DNA from: Takakia lepidozioides
Taxonomy: Eukaryota; Plantae; Bryophyta
Direction of reading: 5' to 3'
Length of the DNA stretch: 64,000 nucleotides
NCBI GenBank assembly: GCA_030704615.1
Contig: CM060731.1
Coordinates: 33,356,001-33,420,000 of the forward strand
Below are positions 12,774 through 24,719 of the stretch, one piece after another. Both the position numbers and the translations under genes were made by a program. Below the pieces are notes generated by a model. The model did no database searches, had not been told where the DNA came from, and saw only the letters and a program-made list of their open reading frames with translations. Within the stretch, counting starts at the first letter, position 1, and every line of letters starts with the position of its first letter.

Positions 12774-15700
12774 ATGGGATCGCTGCATACTCAGGTAGAA
12801 GTCGAGCGGCTTCAGTATCCGGAAACACGACGGGATGAATCTGTGGTGGACAATTATCATGGAGTTGAAATCTCGGATCCTTACCGCTGGTAAGACTTCT
12901 GTTCCTTTCTGAATGGCCTGAGATTACATTGTTTTCCTTGCGGCAAAGCAGATTCCGTTTCCTGACAGGCTTCACAATCTGCAAATCTGCGGATGCTCGG
13001 TAAAATATAGTAGGCCCTATCAGTTCTAGTAGAACGTTTTCCAAATTTTGTACTTCTACCAGCATAGTCTGCATGTTGAAGCAAGAGACAAAATTGTAAG
13101 ATGAAGGTCTGCAATCGACTGTCAGTGATGTTTGAAAATCAAACAGTCTTCAGTTGCCACTCAGCCCTCAGGCTCCCTTATATCCAGAGTTTCAATGTGG
13201 TTTTTTAATAATGTAGTATCAGAGGGAAGGTGTCCACCTTCTCAACAGAAGGCAGTAGGCCCTTTTGGGTGAAGTGACACCATAGTCTACTCTTGCTTCA
13301 GCAACAGTCAACCTTGTCTCTACTATCAGAGGAAGTGATCAATGGTGGGAGTTGGCAGGCTGGAGGATCCAGACACTCCAGAAGTCATGGAGTTCGTGGA
13401 AAAGCAAGTGAAGCTCACCAACTCTGTGCTGGAGGGATATGGGACACGCAAGAAACTGAAGGAGAAGCTCACTTCAATGTACAACCACTCCAGATATGGG
13501 TGCCCCTACAGGCGTGGCAATCACTATTTCTACTCGCACAATTCCGGATTGCAGGCACAGAATGTGCTATATATTCAGGTATCTACAGTTGTGCTTTACA
13601 CTTCCATCTCCCAGAAAACACTTAATGACTCCCACAAACTGTCTAAACCAATACAGAACGGTGCCAACAGAGAAGAAGAGGTCCGAGGATAAATAACAAG
13701 AAGAGTCCTGAAGAAAACTACATACCTTAATGCCCATGGGACAGAGTAGAACCACTGAAAGAGGTGGCCTTAGCAGGCGCTTTCCTTGTACAAAGTCTCC
13801 AGATTCCAGGCGGGCCTGTATCCTGTATCCTGGAATCATTACCTTCTGGCCTGGCTGGTTCAATGCATCTTTGGTGCACATGGGTGAGAATCATAGTGAC
13901 CCTTCTAAGATCAGGGAGCAGGGTCATGTCACAGAATTCTTCGTGTTGTTTTCTCTGGCTGTGTTTGGGATTTTGGTTCTTGAGGTGGGTTGGACTTCAA
14001 GATCAATGGAGAAACTTCGGGTTCTCGTTGTCGGAGGGCTCCTTTGATTTAGGCATTAGTCTCTTTTGTTGCCTTCGTGACTTCTTACCTTCATTGCTTG
14101 CAGCGGTGCTCATGAAGAGGTTCAGAAAAGAAGACAAAGGTAGGAAATGAATTGAAATGAAATGAAATGGTGCTTTATAACGTCCGCGGAAAGAAAGACA
14201 GAATGAAACTTCACCGAATGAAAGGTCCAAGAACAGAACTTTAGAGGGTCCACATTGTGTGCACATTTGCAGGAAAATTTAGAGGGGAGTCCAGAGGTGC
14301 TGCTGGACCCAAACACATTGAGCGATGAGGGAACTGTGGCCCTTGCGACAATTAGGTGCAGTGAGGATGCAGAGTACTTCGCCTTTGGACTGAGTACAAG
14401 TGGAAGCGACTGGATCACCATCAGAGTGATGCGTACGGCTGACAGGGAGATGCAACCTGACACTATCTCATGGGTGAGGCTTCACTTTGGCATCTTGCTT
14501 CTTTATTGTGTTGTTATCATTTTTCCTTCACACTCTCTTCACCTCAATCAAGCAAATGGGCTGGGATTAATGATTGGTGCAATTGGACTGAAGAGTTGGG
14601 GTTCTCTTGAGTTGGGGCCCAGCTGATACTCATAAATGGAACGAGCAATAAGAAACTTGCGAACATATCCAAGAACCCCTGGCTCTTAGAATCTAGATGT
14701 GTGAGGAATTCCTAGGTGCATGTGGCCCATAGGAACTCTTAACTCTCCAAATGTGAGAAAGTTAGAAGATTTAAAAATTGTTGTTATTCCTTCCATTCCA
14801 AGTCTAAACAGAAACACCCTAACACCAGAAAAGGATAAGTTGAGTGTCATAACTGTCCATGCCAGGGGCAATCATTTATTGTCAAGTGTAATCCAATGAT
14901 GAAGTTGTAAATACAGGTTGTAAACCAACAATTCATTCTTTGAGATGAGCTGTGGATCTGTCTGTCAAAACTTATTGTTTCCAGGTGAAATTCACATCAA
15001 TAGCATGGACTCGTGACAATAAAGGCTTCTTCTACAACCGCTATCCAGAACCCAAGTATGTCTATGCTAACTCTTTTAAGCGATTCAACAAGTTCCACCC
15101 AAAGAGCTGCCAGACTGATCCTTGGGCTCTGTCTGTTCTATCATTCTTAAGATGTGGAGGACCTGGAGATGAATCTTCATTAGGCTGGAACTTTCCAGCA
15201 TCTTCTCTCCCTCATAATCGTGCAGAGAGATAGGATGTACTTGTTTGCCATAGTCTTGTGGCCATAGACCCCAGGATGCTGGAAGAAAGGGAACAGATAC
15301 TACGGAGGGGCTCACTCTGGCACCTAGTGGGACTTACCAAGATAAAAACACTTAGATTGGGCTTTCCGGATATCCTCTAGAAAGCCCTTCACACAAGCAT
15401 CAACCTGCTGTGTATGAGCCACAGAGACGGAAATAGAAACTAAGAAAGGACAGGATCAAAGAGGGGATATGGTGCCATTGCTATTCCATATTAGAAATCA
15501 ATTAATTCACAAGCTTTCAGTCCCACTGAGGTTCTTTGGAGACCTGTAACATCTGGATGCGGGTTCATGCAGTTGGAGAACTTGAAATATGAAGTTCCAG
15601 GTCTAGTTTCTGTGCTGGGGGTCTTTAATTTGAAGGTGCGTGGCAGGAAAAATAATGGCAGGGATGCCGGGACAGAAACAAATATAAACTTGTATCATGA

Positions 15701-18700
15701 GCTATACTACCATTTTCTTGGAACGGACCAGTCTAAAGACATCCTGTGCTGGAGGGATTTGAAGCATGCAGAATGGTTGTCTACTGCGCAAGTCACTGAG
15801 GATGGCCAGGTTTCTTCCATATTTCTGATGGCCTTTTTGTTGCTCTCGCAATAAGCGCATACTTCATCATGCATACAGCGGACAGTTCTATCGTTCTCCA
15901 TGCCTTGTCGTCCTTGCCCATTCAGTGATACTTTTCTTCCTCGCCAAATAGATCTCTGCTTATATTTTTTGTGCTTACCTCTACTCGTGTGGTGGCAGTA
16001 TTTGATATTGTCCATCAAAGAGGGCTGCAATCCTGTCAACAGACTCTATTACTGTGACCTCATGGCACTGGAAGGCGGCTTGGAAGACCTTAAAAGAACG
16101 AATGTGTTGCTTCCCTTCCAAAAATTAGTGGACAATTTTGAAGCGCAGTATCACCTGGTGGCAAATGATGGACCTGTATTCACCTTTCGCACTAACAAAG
16201 ATGCTCCGAGGTACAAACTCACCCGAGTTGATACCAATAATCCCTCTATTTGGAGAGAGGTGATTTCAGAGTCAATGACGGACGTGCTTTCGTCCGTCAG
16301 TTGTGTGAATGGACAGCAATTGCTGGTGTGTTACATGAGTGACGTCAAGCATTTGCTTCAACTACACGACCTGGAGACTGGCGCTTTGCTCTATAAGCTC
16401 CCATTAGAAATCGGGACAGTGACTGATACTGCAGGACAGAGGAGAGATGCAAAGATCTTTTTCAATTTTACCAGCTTTTTGACCCCAGGAACAATATACC
16501 ACTGTGATTTGAGTAACTCCGAGCCAGAGATTAAGGTGTGGAGGGAGAGTAATGTGAATAATTTCGATCGCACCATGTTCGAAACCCGGCAGGTACAAGC
16601 TCGCCACCTTCGTGATCCATCATTTGTAGACCGTTAGACATTATACAGAAGAATCACGTGGATAACAGCATATGCAGATTGACTTAAAATGGTATAAAAG
16701 GAAGTTTGGATGTATACTTACAAGGTAAAATATACGCATGTACCTTGCACATACCTACCCAATGTAATTTTGGAAGAGACTGCCGGCTCTGTACCAACAC
16801 ACTTGTGTCTCACTAGTTGTAGTGGGTGATTAAGTGGATATTATCGTATTTCTGACGTTGTATGCAATGGAGGGTTGCCAGGTTTTTGTGACCAGTAAGG
16901 ACAGCACCAAGATACCTATGTTCATAATGGCACAGAAAGGTCTTACCCTTGATTGGAACCATCCAGCATTACTCTATGGTTATGGGGGGTTTGGCATCAG
17001 CAGCATGCCCTCATTCAGCGTGTCCCGCCTGGTTCTGGCTCGGCATTGTGGGGCAGTTGTAGCAGTAGCAAACATCAGAGGTGGAGGAGAGTATGGAGAG
17101 GAGTGGCACAAGGCTGGCTCTCTTGCAAGAAAACAAAACTGCTTCGATGATTTCATATCATGTGGAGAGTACTTGATTAGGGAGGGCTACACACAGTCCA
17201 ACAAACTGTGCATTGAAGGTTACAGTAATGGGGGCCTTCTTGTGGCTGCTTGCATCAACCAGGTACTTGTTGTGCTTGATCAGTTCATTTTAGCTCATGT
17301 AATCGGACTAACACTTGTTTGTTGCATGATACCTGGAGGCATGCTAGTCCTGGGATGAATTTTGTGTACATGCGTGCAGCTGTTCAAGACAGGACCCAAT
17401 ATGCACCATGCGTTTGTTTTGTCTCACAGAGGCCAGATCTTTTTGGGTGTGCACTGGCACACGTAGGTGTGATGGATATGCTACGCTTCCACAAGTTTAC
17501 AATCGGTAAGGACTATCTCAGTAATCAAATGAAAATTAATGGATTTGGGTGTTACCTAGCAAGCCTCTAAACTAGCTCTGTATTCAGAATTTTTGTACTG
17601 GTCTAAGTGTGTGTGTACTTTCTCCTATTCACAGCTTTCCTCCACTTAGGACATACATAACTTAACTAAGCAAATTAAACTTGCCAGCTAAATATAGAAA
17701 GAAATTACTGTATTCTATACTGTAATACAGTATAGATACTGTACTGTAATTACTGAAGTGTGTCGATGTACCTCATCGATTTATGTACAGAGACTAAGGG
17801 CCGCTTTACACTAGGGCCCAAGCCCAAGACCAAGTGAGAATGGAGCATTCCCATTGGCGGAGGCCTGAAAATTGGGCCCAACGGCTTTACAATAGGGGAA
17901 AACGGAAGTGGGTCATTTGCCTACATGGCACCTACATGGCACAAGTTCTTGGGCCGGACCAAGAAAAAGGAACCCTAGAATGGAGACCCAACTCTCAGCT
18001 CTTGGGCCCAAGAAGTTTGGTATTAAAATAGACTATTTTTGTGCAATCATGATTGCTTGATCATGACAGTTGAAGACCAGCCCAAGAGTGGTAGAAATTG
18101 GGCCCAGGATTTCTTGGGCTTGGGCCCTAGTGTAAAGCGGCCCTAATACTCAGCCAAGGATTCCTGATGAGGAGTTCCTGATATTGTTTATCTTCTTTGA
18201 CAATGGTCAGATTTTGTTCTTACTCATGATCATGCCTGGATGTGGTGGTGCGTATCATCATGCAGGACATGCATGGTCCACAGATTTTGGGTGCGCTGAC
18301 AAAAAGGAAGAATTTGAATGGCTTATCAAGTGAGTGATACCTGTGCCCGCGCCAACTTTGGCTGCTCGGACTAAATTTCATCCCAAAAGCCTTGCGTAGT
18401 TGAAGAAGAAATCTTTTAGTACCTGCTTTTCCCTGTGAAGAAGATGTTCCACCCGATTGGGTATACAGCAGTCGCAAAGCCTAGTGTACTCGACATGAGG
18501 AGGTAGTGATTTTTCTGGGAGGTTTATGTGGCAGAATATGCACCAAGGACCAGGGGTTAATCCACAAGCCATTGCAGAATGGCAAGTGAAGTCATGCTCG
18601 TAACGCGATGGACCGTGCCGGGCAGGGTCCATTCTGCCCGGTTTTGCGCCTGGCCTCTACTTCCCTCCTCGCCCTAAGGAATGAATTCAGAGTCCTTCCA

Positions 18701-19487
18701 CCCACTGATTGTGTATTCTTCTGCAGATACTCCCCCCTGCATAATGTGAGGAGGCCATGGGAAACGGTGATGGGGGTGCAATATCCATCCACACTGCTGT
18801 TGACAGCTGACCACGACGATAGAGTGGTCCCCCTTCATTCTCTGAAGCTTCTTGCGGTACGCATGTTCCTTAACACAAAGAAGTTATTAACATGACCATA
18901 ACCGCTGGTACCCTGCTCAACAACATTAATAAGTATGTTTGATACTCCAATATATGTATACATGTATCTAAAAGTCTGGCAGCAGTCACACAAACTCCAT
19001 CCTTGACTTCTGTTTAGCACAGCACGCGTCTGCTTGCAGAATTGGTTGGGAAGCCATTCACAATGAATTAAGCTTTTTTGTTATTGAATTGTGAGCAGAC
19101 ACTCCAGTATGAGCTTTGCAGTTTCAAAAGCAGTCCACAGACGAATCCCTTGATTGCACGCATTGACACCAAGGCTGGGCATGGAGCTGGCCATCCAACT
19201 CAGAAATTGGTGATTCCCAACCTTGGTTGCTTTCCAAAATATTGTCAATCCCTGATGCTGAGAAGTGTGAGTTGGTTCTGCAATGATACCAGGGACACTC
19301 TGTGCACTGGCAGGCTCAAAAACTTCACTTAGATGCACAGAAATGTTGATTGTACCAATTGATCTATTTTCTCTCATAGATGGTTACTAAAAGCTGCTCC
19401 TGGTTTGGTCTGCAGATTGATGAAATGAGTGATGCGTATTCATTCCTTGCCAAGATGACAGCTGCTACATGGTCTGATGATCTGTAA
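12774..19487 (+). CDS. POP: Prolyl oligopeptidase (peptidase S9A), 12 exons
   Basis: Exons: 12774-12889, 13359-13578, 14273-14473, 14985-15055, 15647-15809, 15999-16592, 16882-17262, 17430-17505, 18266-18329, 18727-18856, 19099-19209, 19416-19487. Motifs [36 protein letters not shown]; catalytic Ser in GYSNGG, Asp in ADHDDRV, His in KAGHGAG. Confidence 0.95.
15235..15420 (-). mobile_element. Family A non-LTR 3' fragment in POP intron 4
   Basis: TTGTTTGCC...GTGGCCA.AGACCCC...GGGAACAGATACTAC...GAGGGGCTCACTC...CCTCTAGAAAG...TTCACACAAGCAT matches 12005-12180. Confidence 0.7.
17798..18143. mobile_element. PIF/Harbinger (Tourist-like) MITE in POP intron 8
   Basis: Perfect 32-bp TIR GGGCCGCTTTACACTAGGGCCCAAGCCCAAGA; TAA target duplication at 17795-17797 and 18144-18146. 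Confidence 0.92.
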
Positions 19488-20544
19488 CTGATACATCTCT
19501 CGGTTTGAGAGGATGTCCTCACAAACTAGCTGACAGTCTTGGAAATTACACGAGTAAGCTTGACAGGGTGAGCACTGACTCATCTCAACCACAAATTGCA
19601 TATCAGAGTAAGCAAAGCTTCTAGTTCTAATGGTTTCCTGCAACACTCATAAATACATTGCAACAAGAACAAATCATGCATCACTAAAATTGTGACAGTG
19701 GATAGTATTACAGAAGTACAGTGAAAGAGAATGTTAGTGTGTTCTTAAAATTGGAGTTCTTATCTAATAAATTAATTACGCCCCTGCCATGCTATGACAA
19801 TGCTAATGTTCAAATCTCATCTCAAGCCAACTCAGACTAATCCTGAATTGAAGTTACTTTTGTCGGTCACAGTGAACCACACAAGTTAAAACGGGCTGAT
19901 TGACTGTCATCTGTACACCCAACTCTCACGGTTTGAACTCTGGCGATGTCAAATCAACCATTTAGAGCAAAATATTCAACCTACACAACTCCGGAAACTC
20001 TTCACTCTCCTGATCCCAGCAAAATCTATCAACAACTCCCCTCTCAAAAATGGTCCATTGCCTTGTCAATTATAGTCTACATGACAAGAAATGCAATGTT
20101 GACTGTCCCGCTCAACGACACAATTGGACTTTTACCGTTAACCAAATGAAGCTTGAAGCAAACATTTCTTTTCATGCATGTTGCTTATTTCACTGGTAAT
20201 CTTGGCACTAACCTGATTTGGAGTAGTGCGTCAGTTGTTCTCCTGTAGAGCAGAGAGAGAGGAAGACTCTTGATGAAGCAAACATAAGTTATGTTGTCAC
20301 TTCACGCCTTACCGCCTTCACTTCGGAAGGTAGACATCTTCTAACAGCCGTCACCAGGGCAATGCGGGTGCCCAACCCTCCCCCAAGGACTCAAAAGTCC
20401 CCAGGTACCCACACATTAAGTAACAAGTTGACCCATAATCCCCCTTTTATAGCTATAATGGGTGACATCCAACATCCACCTTGCAGTTTTGAACCCACTA
20501 TCACTTGTAAGACGGCCTTGTGCCCTAACCACTGGTTGTTGGAT

Positions 20545-20850
20545 GTTGTGTTCTCCTGTACAATACTTGCTTGCTCAACAATCTTTGATAGGAACCTGCT
20601 GACTGTGTGGAGTTTGTAGGTTTTTGATGACAAGGAGGAATGTCCAGGGGATGTGCTGATCACCTGAAAAAAATGGCCAGCTTTTGTGGTGAGAAATCTA
20701 AAGTTTGCTCACTCCTCCACACACAATGCAATAGCTCAGGCACATAGCTAGCCCTCTTCATCCTCACAAACTCTCACCTCTGCTTCGAGTTCCTCAATTT
20801 GTGGATTCAATTAGTCTTCTACAAAAGTATGCAACTGCTGCATCAATTTT
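20545..20850 (-). pseudogene. Frameshifted remnant of the E+/DYW deaminase domain downstream of the PPR stop
   Basis: Fragments in changing frames: LHTFVED*LNPQIEEL, MKRASYVPE, KLAIFF, ISTSPG, VIKNLQ, HTVSRFLSKIVEQASIVQE. They are collinear with the DYW consensus (H.F..GD.SHP, MK.AGYVPD, HSEKLAIAFGLISTPPG, KNLRVC.DCH.A.KFISKI..REI.VRD). Confidence 0.78.
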
Positions 20851-20851
20851 C

Positions 20852-22657
20852 TCACCTTTCCTGCATTTTCCTAACTACCTCCATAGCAGCTATAGCCATA
20901 GCATGCTGAGGATCCCACTTGAGTAGACATTTCGCTGCATGTTCAGCCAGCTTGACCTTGCCATGAATTCTACAGGCACCAAGCAAGGCTGCCCACACAG
21001 GAGCATCTGGTTCGACTGGCATTTTGTTAACTAAGGCCTCTGCCTCATCCAACTGCCCTGCACGGCCTAGAAGGTCCACCATGCAGCCAAAATGCTCAAG
21101 TGTAGGAGTGACGCCATGATCTTGAGTCATGGAATCAAAGTAGTGACAGCCTTCATCCACTAGGCCCAAATGACTACAGGCAGTTAGAACGCACGTAAAA
21201 GTGATACGATTCGGCTTCAAGCCTTCATGTTGCATTTGTTCATATAGTTGGAGGGCCTCCCTGCCACACCCATGCTGACCATATCCTGCTATCATTGCAT
21301 TCCATGAGACCACACTTCGTTTAGCCATATTGTCAAACACTTGGTGTGCATCATTCATGCTCCCGCATTTAGCATACATGTTGAGGAGGGCATTGTGTAG
21401 CATGGCATCCAGCACTATTCCAGCTTTAATGATGTCAGCATAGACCTCTTTGCCCTTTTCTAGGGCTGCCAGGCTGGCACATGCCTTGAGAACGCAAATG
21501 AACGTGACCTTGTTGGGCATCACCCCTTCCTGTATCATTTGCTCATAGATCTCCAAAGCCTCCCTCCCACACGCATGCTGAACGTATCCTGTAATCATAG
21601 CACTCCATGAGACCACATTTCGTTGAGCCATATTGTCAAATACTTGTCGCGCATCCTTCATGCTCCCGCATTTGGCATACATGTCAACAAGGGCAGTCTC
21701 CAGAATGACATCGGTAGCAATTCCAGCTTTGATTATGTCAGCATGTACCGCTTCGCCCTTTTCCTGGGCTGACAGAGTGGCACAGGCATAGAGAACACAG
21801 ATGAACGTGACTTTATCGGGCACCGCTCTTTCCCATATCATTCGCTCGTACATCTCAAAAGCCTTCATACTACACCCATGCTGAGCATATCCTGCAATCA
21901 TCCCATTCCACGAGACAACATCTCGTTCAGGCATATTGTCAAATACTTGATGTGCATCCTTCATGCTCCCGCACTTGGCATACATGTTAACAAGGGTATT
22001 TTCCAACTTAATATATGACATGATTCCAGCTTTGATGATTTCGGCATGGACCTCTCTGCCCTTTTCAAGAGCTCCTAGGCTGGCACATGCCTTGAGAATG
22101 CAAATGAATGTGACTTTGTTGGGTGTCATCCCTTCACATATCATTTGCTGATAGATGACCAAAGCCTCCCTCCCACACCCATGCTTCACATATCCTGCCA
22201 TCATTGCCGTCCAGGTAAATACACCTCGTTCAGGCATATTGTCGAAAACATCACGTGCATCCACCAGGCTTCCACACTTGGCATACATGTTGACAAGGGT
22301 GTTCAGGAGAAAAAGGTTTGGCTTCAATCTACTTCGGATAATGTGGGTATGCACCTGCTTTCCCATGTCAAGATCTTCAATTTTGATGCACTCCCGCAAG
22401 AGAAGGACATAAGTATTTAAGTCTAGCACAATGTCTGGTTGGTTCAGAATGTGCAGTGCCTCTTTCAGTTGTCCTGCCTTACATAGCGTTGTGACATCCC
22501 CACAAGCGCTAGATGTGTTCTTGTTGACTCCCACTCTTGCCCCTCTTTCCAAAACAGTAGACATGGTGTAAGTGCCTGATTCAAACAAGCGAACCTGATT
22601 CTCCCCTGCCATCCTGCAAGACTCTTTGTTAAAAATCCCCAGCTGAACCCACATCAT
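20852..22657 (-). CDS. PLS-class PPR protein (organellar RNA-editing-factor type), ending in a shortened E domain
   Basis: Intronless 604-codon ORF with tandem P-L-S triplets (LVNMYAKCGS.DA..VFDNM; VVSWN.MI.GY..HG; PNKVTFIC.L.AC), then GCMVDLLGRAG.L.EA and VWAALLGACRIHG. First in-frame ATG is 22657; 22612 is an alternative. Confidence 0.93.
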   Translation of the reverse strand: MMWVQLGIFNKESCRMAGENQVRLFESGTYTMSTVLERGARVGVNKNTSSACGDVTTLCKAGQLKEALHILNQPDIVLDLNTYVLLLRECIKIEDLDMGKQVHTHIIRSRLKPNLFLLNTLVNMYAKCGSLVDARDVFDNMPERGVFTWTAMMAGYVKHGCGREALVIYQQMICEGMTPNKVTFICILKACASLGALEKGREVHAEIIKAGIMSYIKLENTLVNMYAKCGSMKDAHQVFDNMPERDVVSWNGMIAGYAQHGCSMKAFEMYERMIWERAVPDKVTFICVLYACATLSAQEKGEAVHADIIKAGIATDVILETALVDMYAKCGSMKDARQVFDNMAQRNVVSWSAMITGYVQHACGREALEIYEQMIQEGVMPNKVTFICVLKACASLAALEKGKEVYADIIKAGIVLDAMLHNALLNMYAKCGSMNDAHQVFDNMAKRSVVSWNAMIAGYGQHGCGREALQLYEQMQHEGLKPNRITFTCVLTACSHLGLVDEGCHYFDSMTQDHGVTPTLEHFGCMVDLLGRAGQLDEAEALVNKMPVEPDAPVWAALLGACRIHGKVKLAEHAAKCLLKWDPQHAMAIAAMEVVRKMQER

Positions 22658-23899
22658 ATATCCCAAAGCTCGTCAAAAGAAAGAGGACACAAATTTGACA
22701 GGGTTGCAAAACAACTGCACTCATCGACTGTGAGATAAACAGTACCAATTCTATCTGTTTGAGTTGGACCTCTTGGATCATCATCAAGAAAGTACCCCTT
22801 GTATTCACAGCCTGAAGCTCCGTGGTACACATCAGTACTTGGATCAATGCCAGATTGTTGCCAGCCATGTATCATGGCAGCTGGTGCTACTGTCCCCCAC
22901 CAACCCTCAATCCAAAGGGCCTCATTTCTGCCCTTATGTCTAAATCTTGAGATCTTGGACTGTTCTGTGAAACCACCAGTGGGCACCTAAGCAGCCATAG
23001 CTTCACCCACAGCCTCTCTTAGAACATGCTACAACCATAAGAGTTCCAAGTTTGCATATAACAGTGACAAGCCTTGAACAACCTATGGATGGCTACAGTA
23101 AGGACAGAATCTGCTGCGTTGTCATGATCAAGAGAGAAATACATATTTACTCGAAGGGACTGGAGGTACAATCTGGTCCACTGAAGATCACAATGCTAGC
23201 TTCAATCACCAGCCCTGCTTGCCAAACTCTTTCACGTCCTCGATGAAAAAGGGCTCACCTTGTGAAACTTGTCGTCCCACCACTGTGAAAAATCGAAGAA
23301 CTCCTGCCAGCTCTGTTCTTTTCTCTCTGCTTGACCTGCATGCAAGTGCAACAGCATGAGAACTTAATTGCAACTGTCCCTATCAAGGAGCCCAATTTAT
23401 TACTTGGCAAATATTGACAATAGATCAATTTCAGCATGTAGGAGGATAGCACTTGGAGGCCCTAAATCCCCATTCCACCATCAGTTCTAATGAACTACTC
23501 GAGTCTGGCAGATCTCAAAGAGGGGAGTGAGTGTGCATCCTTGCTACAACCACATGTTTTGGGGCACGTCTTAGGACAAATCTCGACTCTTGCATGCGCG
23601 TGTTTCATGTGTGTGTTAAGAGACAGGAAAAGATAAATTGAGTATGAGAGAATGTACTCATAATACATTGTTTGCCGTGACCTTCTGGTCATATGAGAGT
23701 GTGTGAGAGACAACATTAAAATTAAGAGAGTATGTGTGGAACAGCGAAGGAAAGGAAAGAAACTGTATAGCATCCAAGGGAAGCTCAAAGAGCTAATGGG
23801 ACACAAGTATGATACAAGAAGGAAGTCAGGCTGTCAGCAAGCAGCCGAAAAATAACATTCAAGGTTCAACATTAAGAGATTCTCAACGGTGGAGAGCCT

Positions 23900-24190
23900 C
23901 TTGTTGCCAGGCAATTCTGGTCCTCATACTGGAAAGGCCTCAGCAAGGGATGGCTGCCCCAGAGCAGGCAAAGTTTTAGCCCTGGATGTCATAGTACAGC
24001 GGACAGTCTCAATCTCCCGTCTATCTTCTCTAAGGCACACCGGGCACAAACACTCTGCACACTCCAGGTTGTCCCATCTACCAGTCTCACAGGTTTGTGT
24101 GAGCCCACCCTGAACTTCCCGATGCCCGTAGAAGATGGAGATTGAATTGCAGACAAGTAATTGGGCTGTAAGATTCCATGATTCCATGGA
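23900..24190 (-). mobile_element. LINE ORF2 C-terminal fragment
   Basis: Frameshifted QPNYLSAIQ...KFRVGSH / CETGRWDNL...LCPVC...EIET, typical of non-LTR RT C-terminal regions. Confidence 0.6.
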
Positions 24191-24221
24191 CCTTCGACCA
24201 CCGCCCGATAAGCCGGCGAGA

Positions 24222-24590
24222 GAGAGAGAATGTACTCATATGGCATTGTTTGCCGTAGCCTACAGAGAATGTACTCATAAGACGTTGTTTGCCGTAGCCT
24301 TGTGGCCATTGACCCCGCACTCAGTTTGAGCGGAACACAAAGGGACAATAACTACCTTTGTCAGGGGCTGACACCTGTAGTATGATTTACCTTGGAACAG
24401 ACAATTGATCCAAGTTTTCCAGATACCCTCTAGAAATCCCTTTACACAAGCATCAATTTGCTGTGTGTGGTTTGCCCAATAACTAGGCCCTAAAAGGGCC
24501 TGGGCATTTGGCTCAGTCTCGAGACTTCCAAAGTTGGTAAACAGAGGTACATGCACAATCCCCTTGATGGATTTGAAGAGGACGTCAGAG
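24222..24590 (-). mobile_element. Family A non-LTR 3' end with duplicated terminus and (CT)n tail
   Basis: ORF ...[27 protein letters not shown]...TANNVL*. The terminal ~40-bp unit is tandemly repeated at 24226-24299 and followed by a (CT)n run on the - strand. An isolated terminus occurs at about 23647-23680. Confidence 0.7.
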
Positions 24591-24719
24591 CCTACACAAA
24601 CACACACACACACACAGATGTAGTCATCACAGTGCTTCCTCATCCTTGTAGGCATAGACCTCATGCTCAGTCTGGAGGAAGCAGAAAAGGTGGAGAAGGG
24701 CCACCTGAATTCTCCGGGT

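Noticed and set aside
22654-23000. Upstream ORF as the PPR's real N-terminus
   Set aside because: Different frame, ATG followed by an early stop (MAA*), and no convincing splice link; left unresolved.
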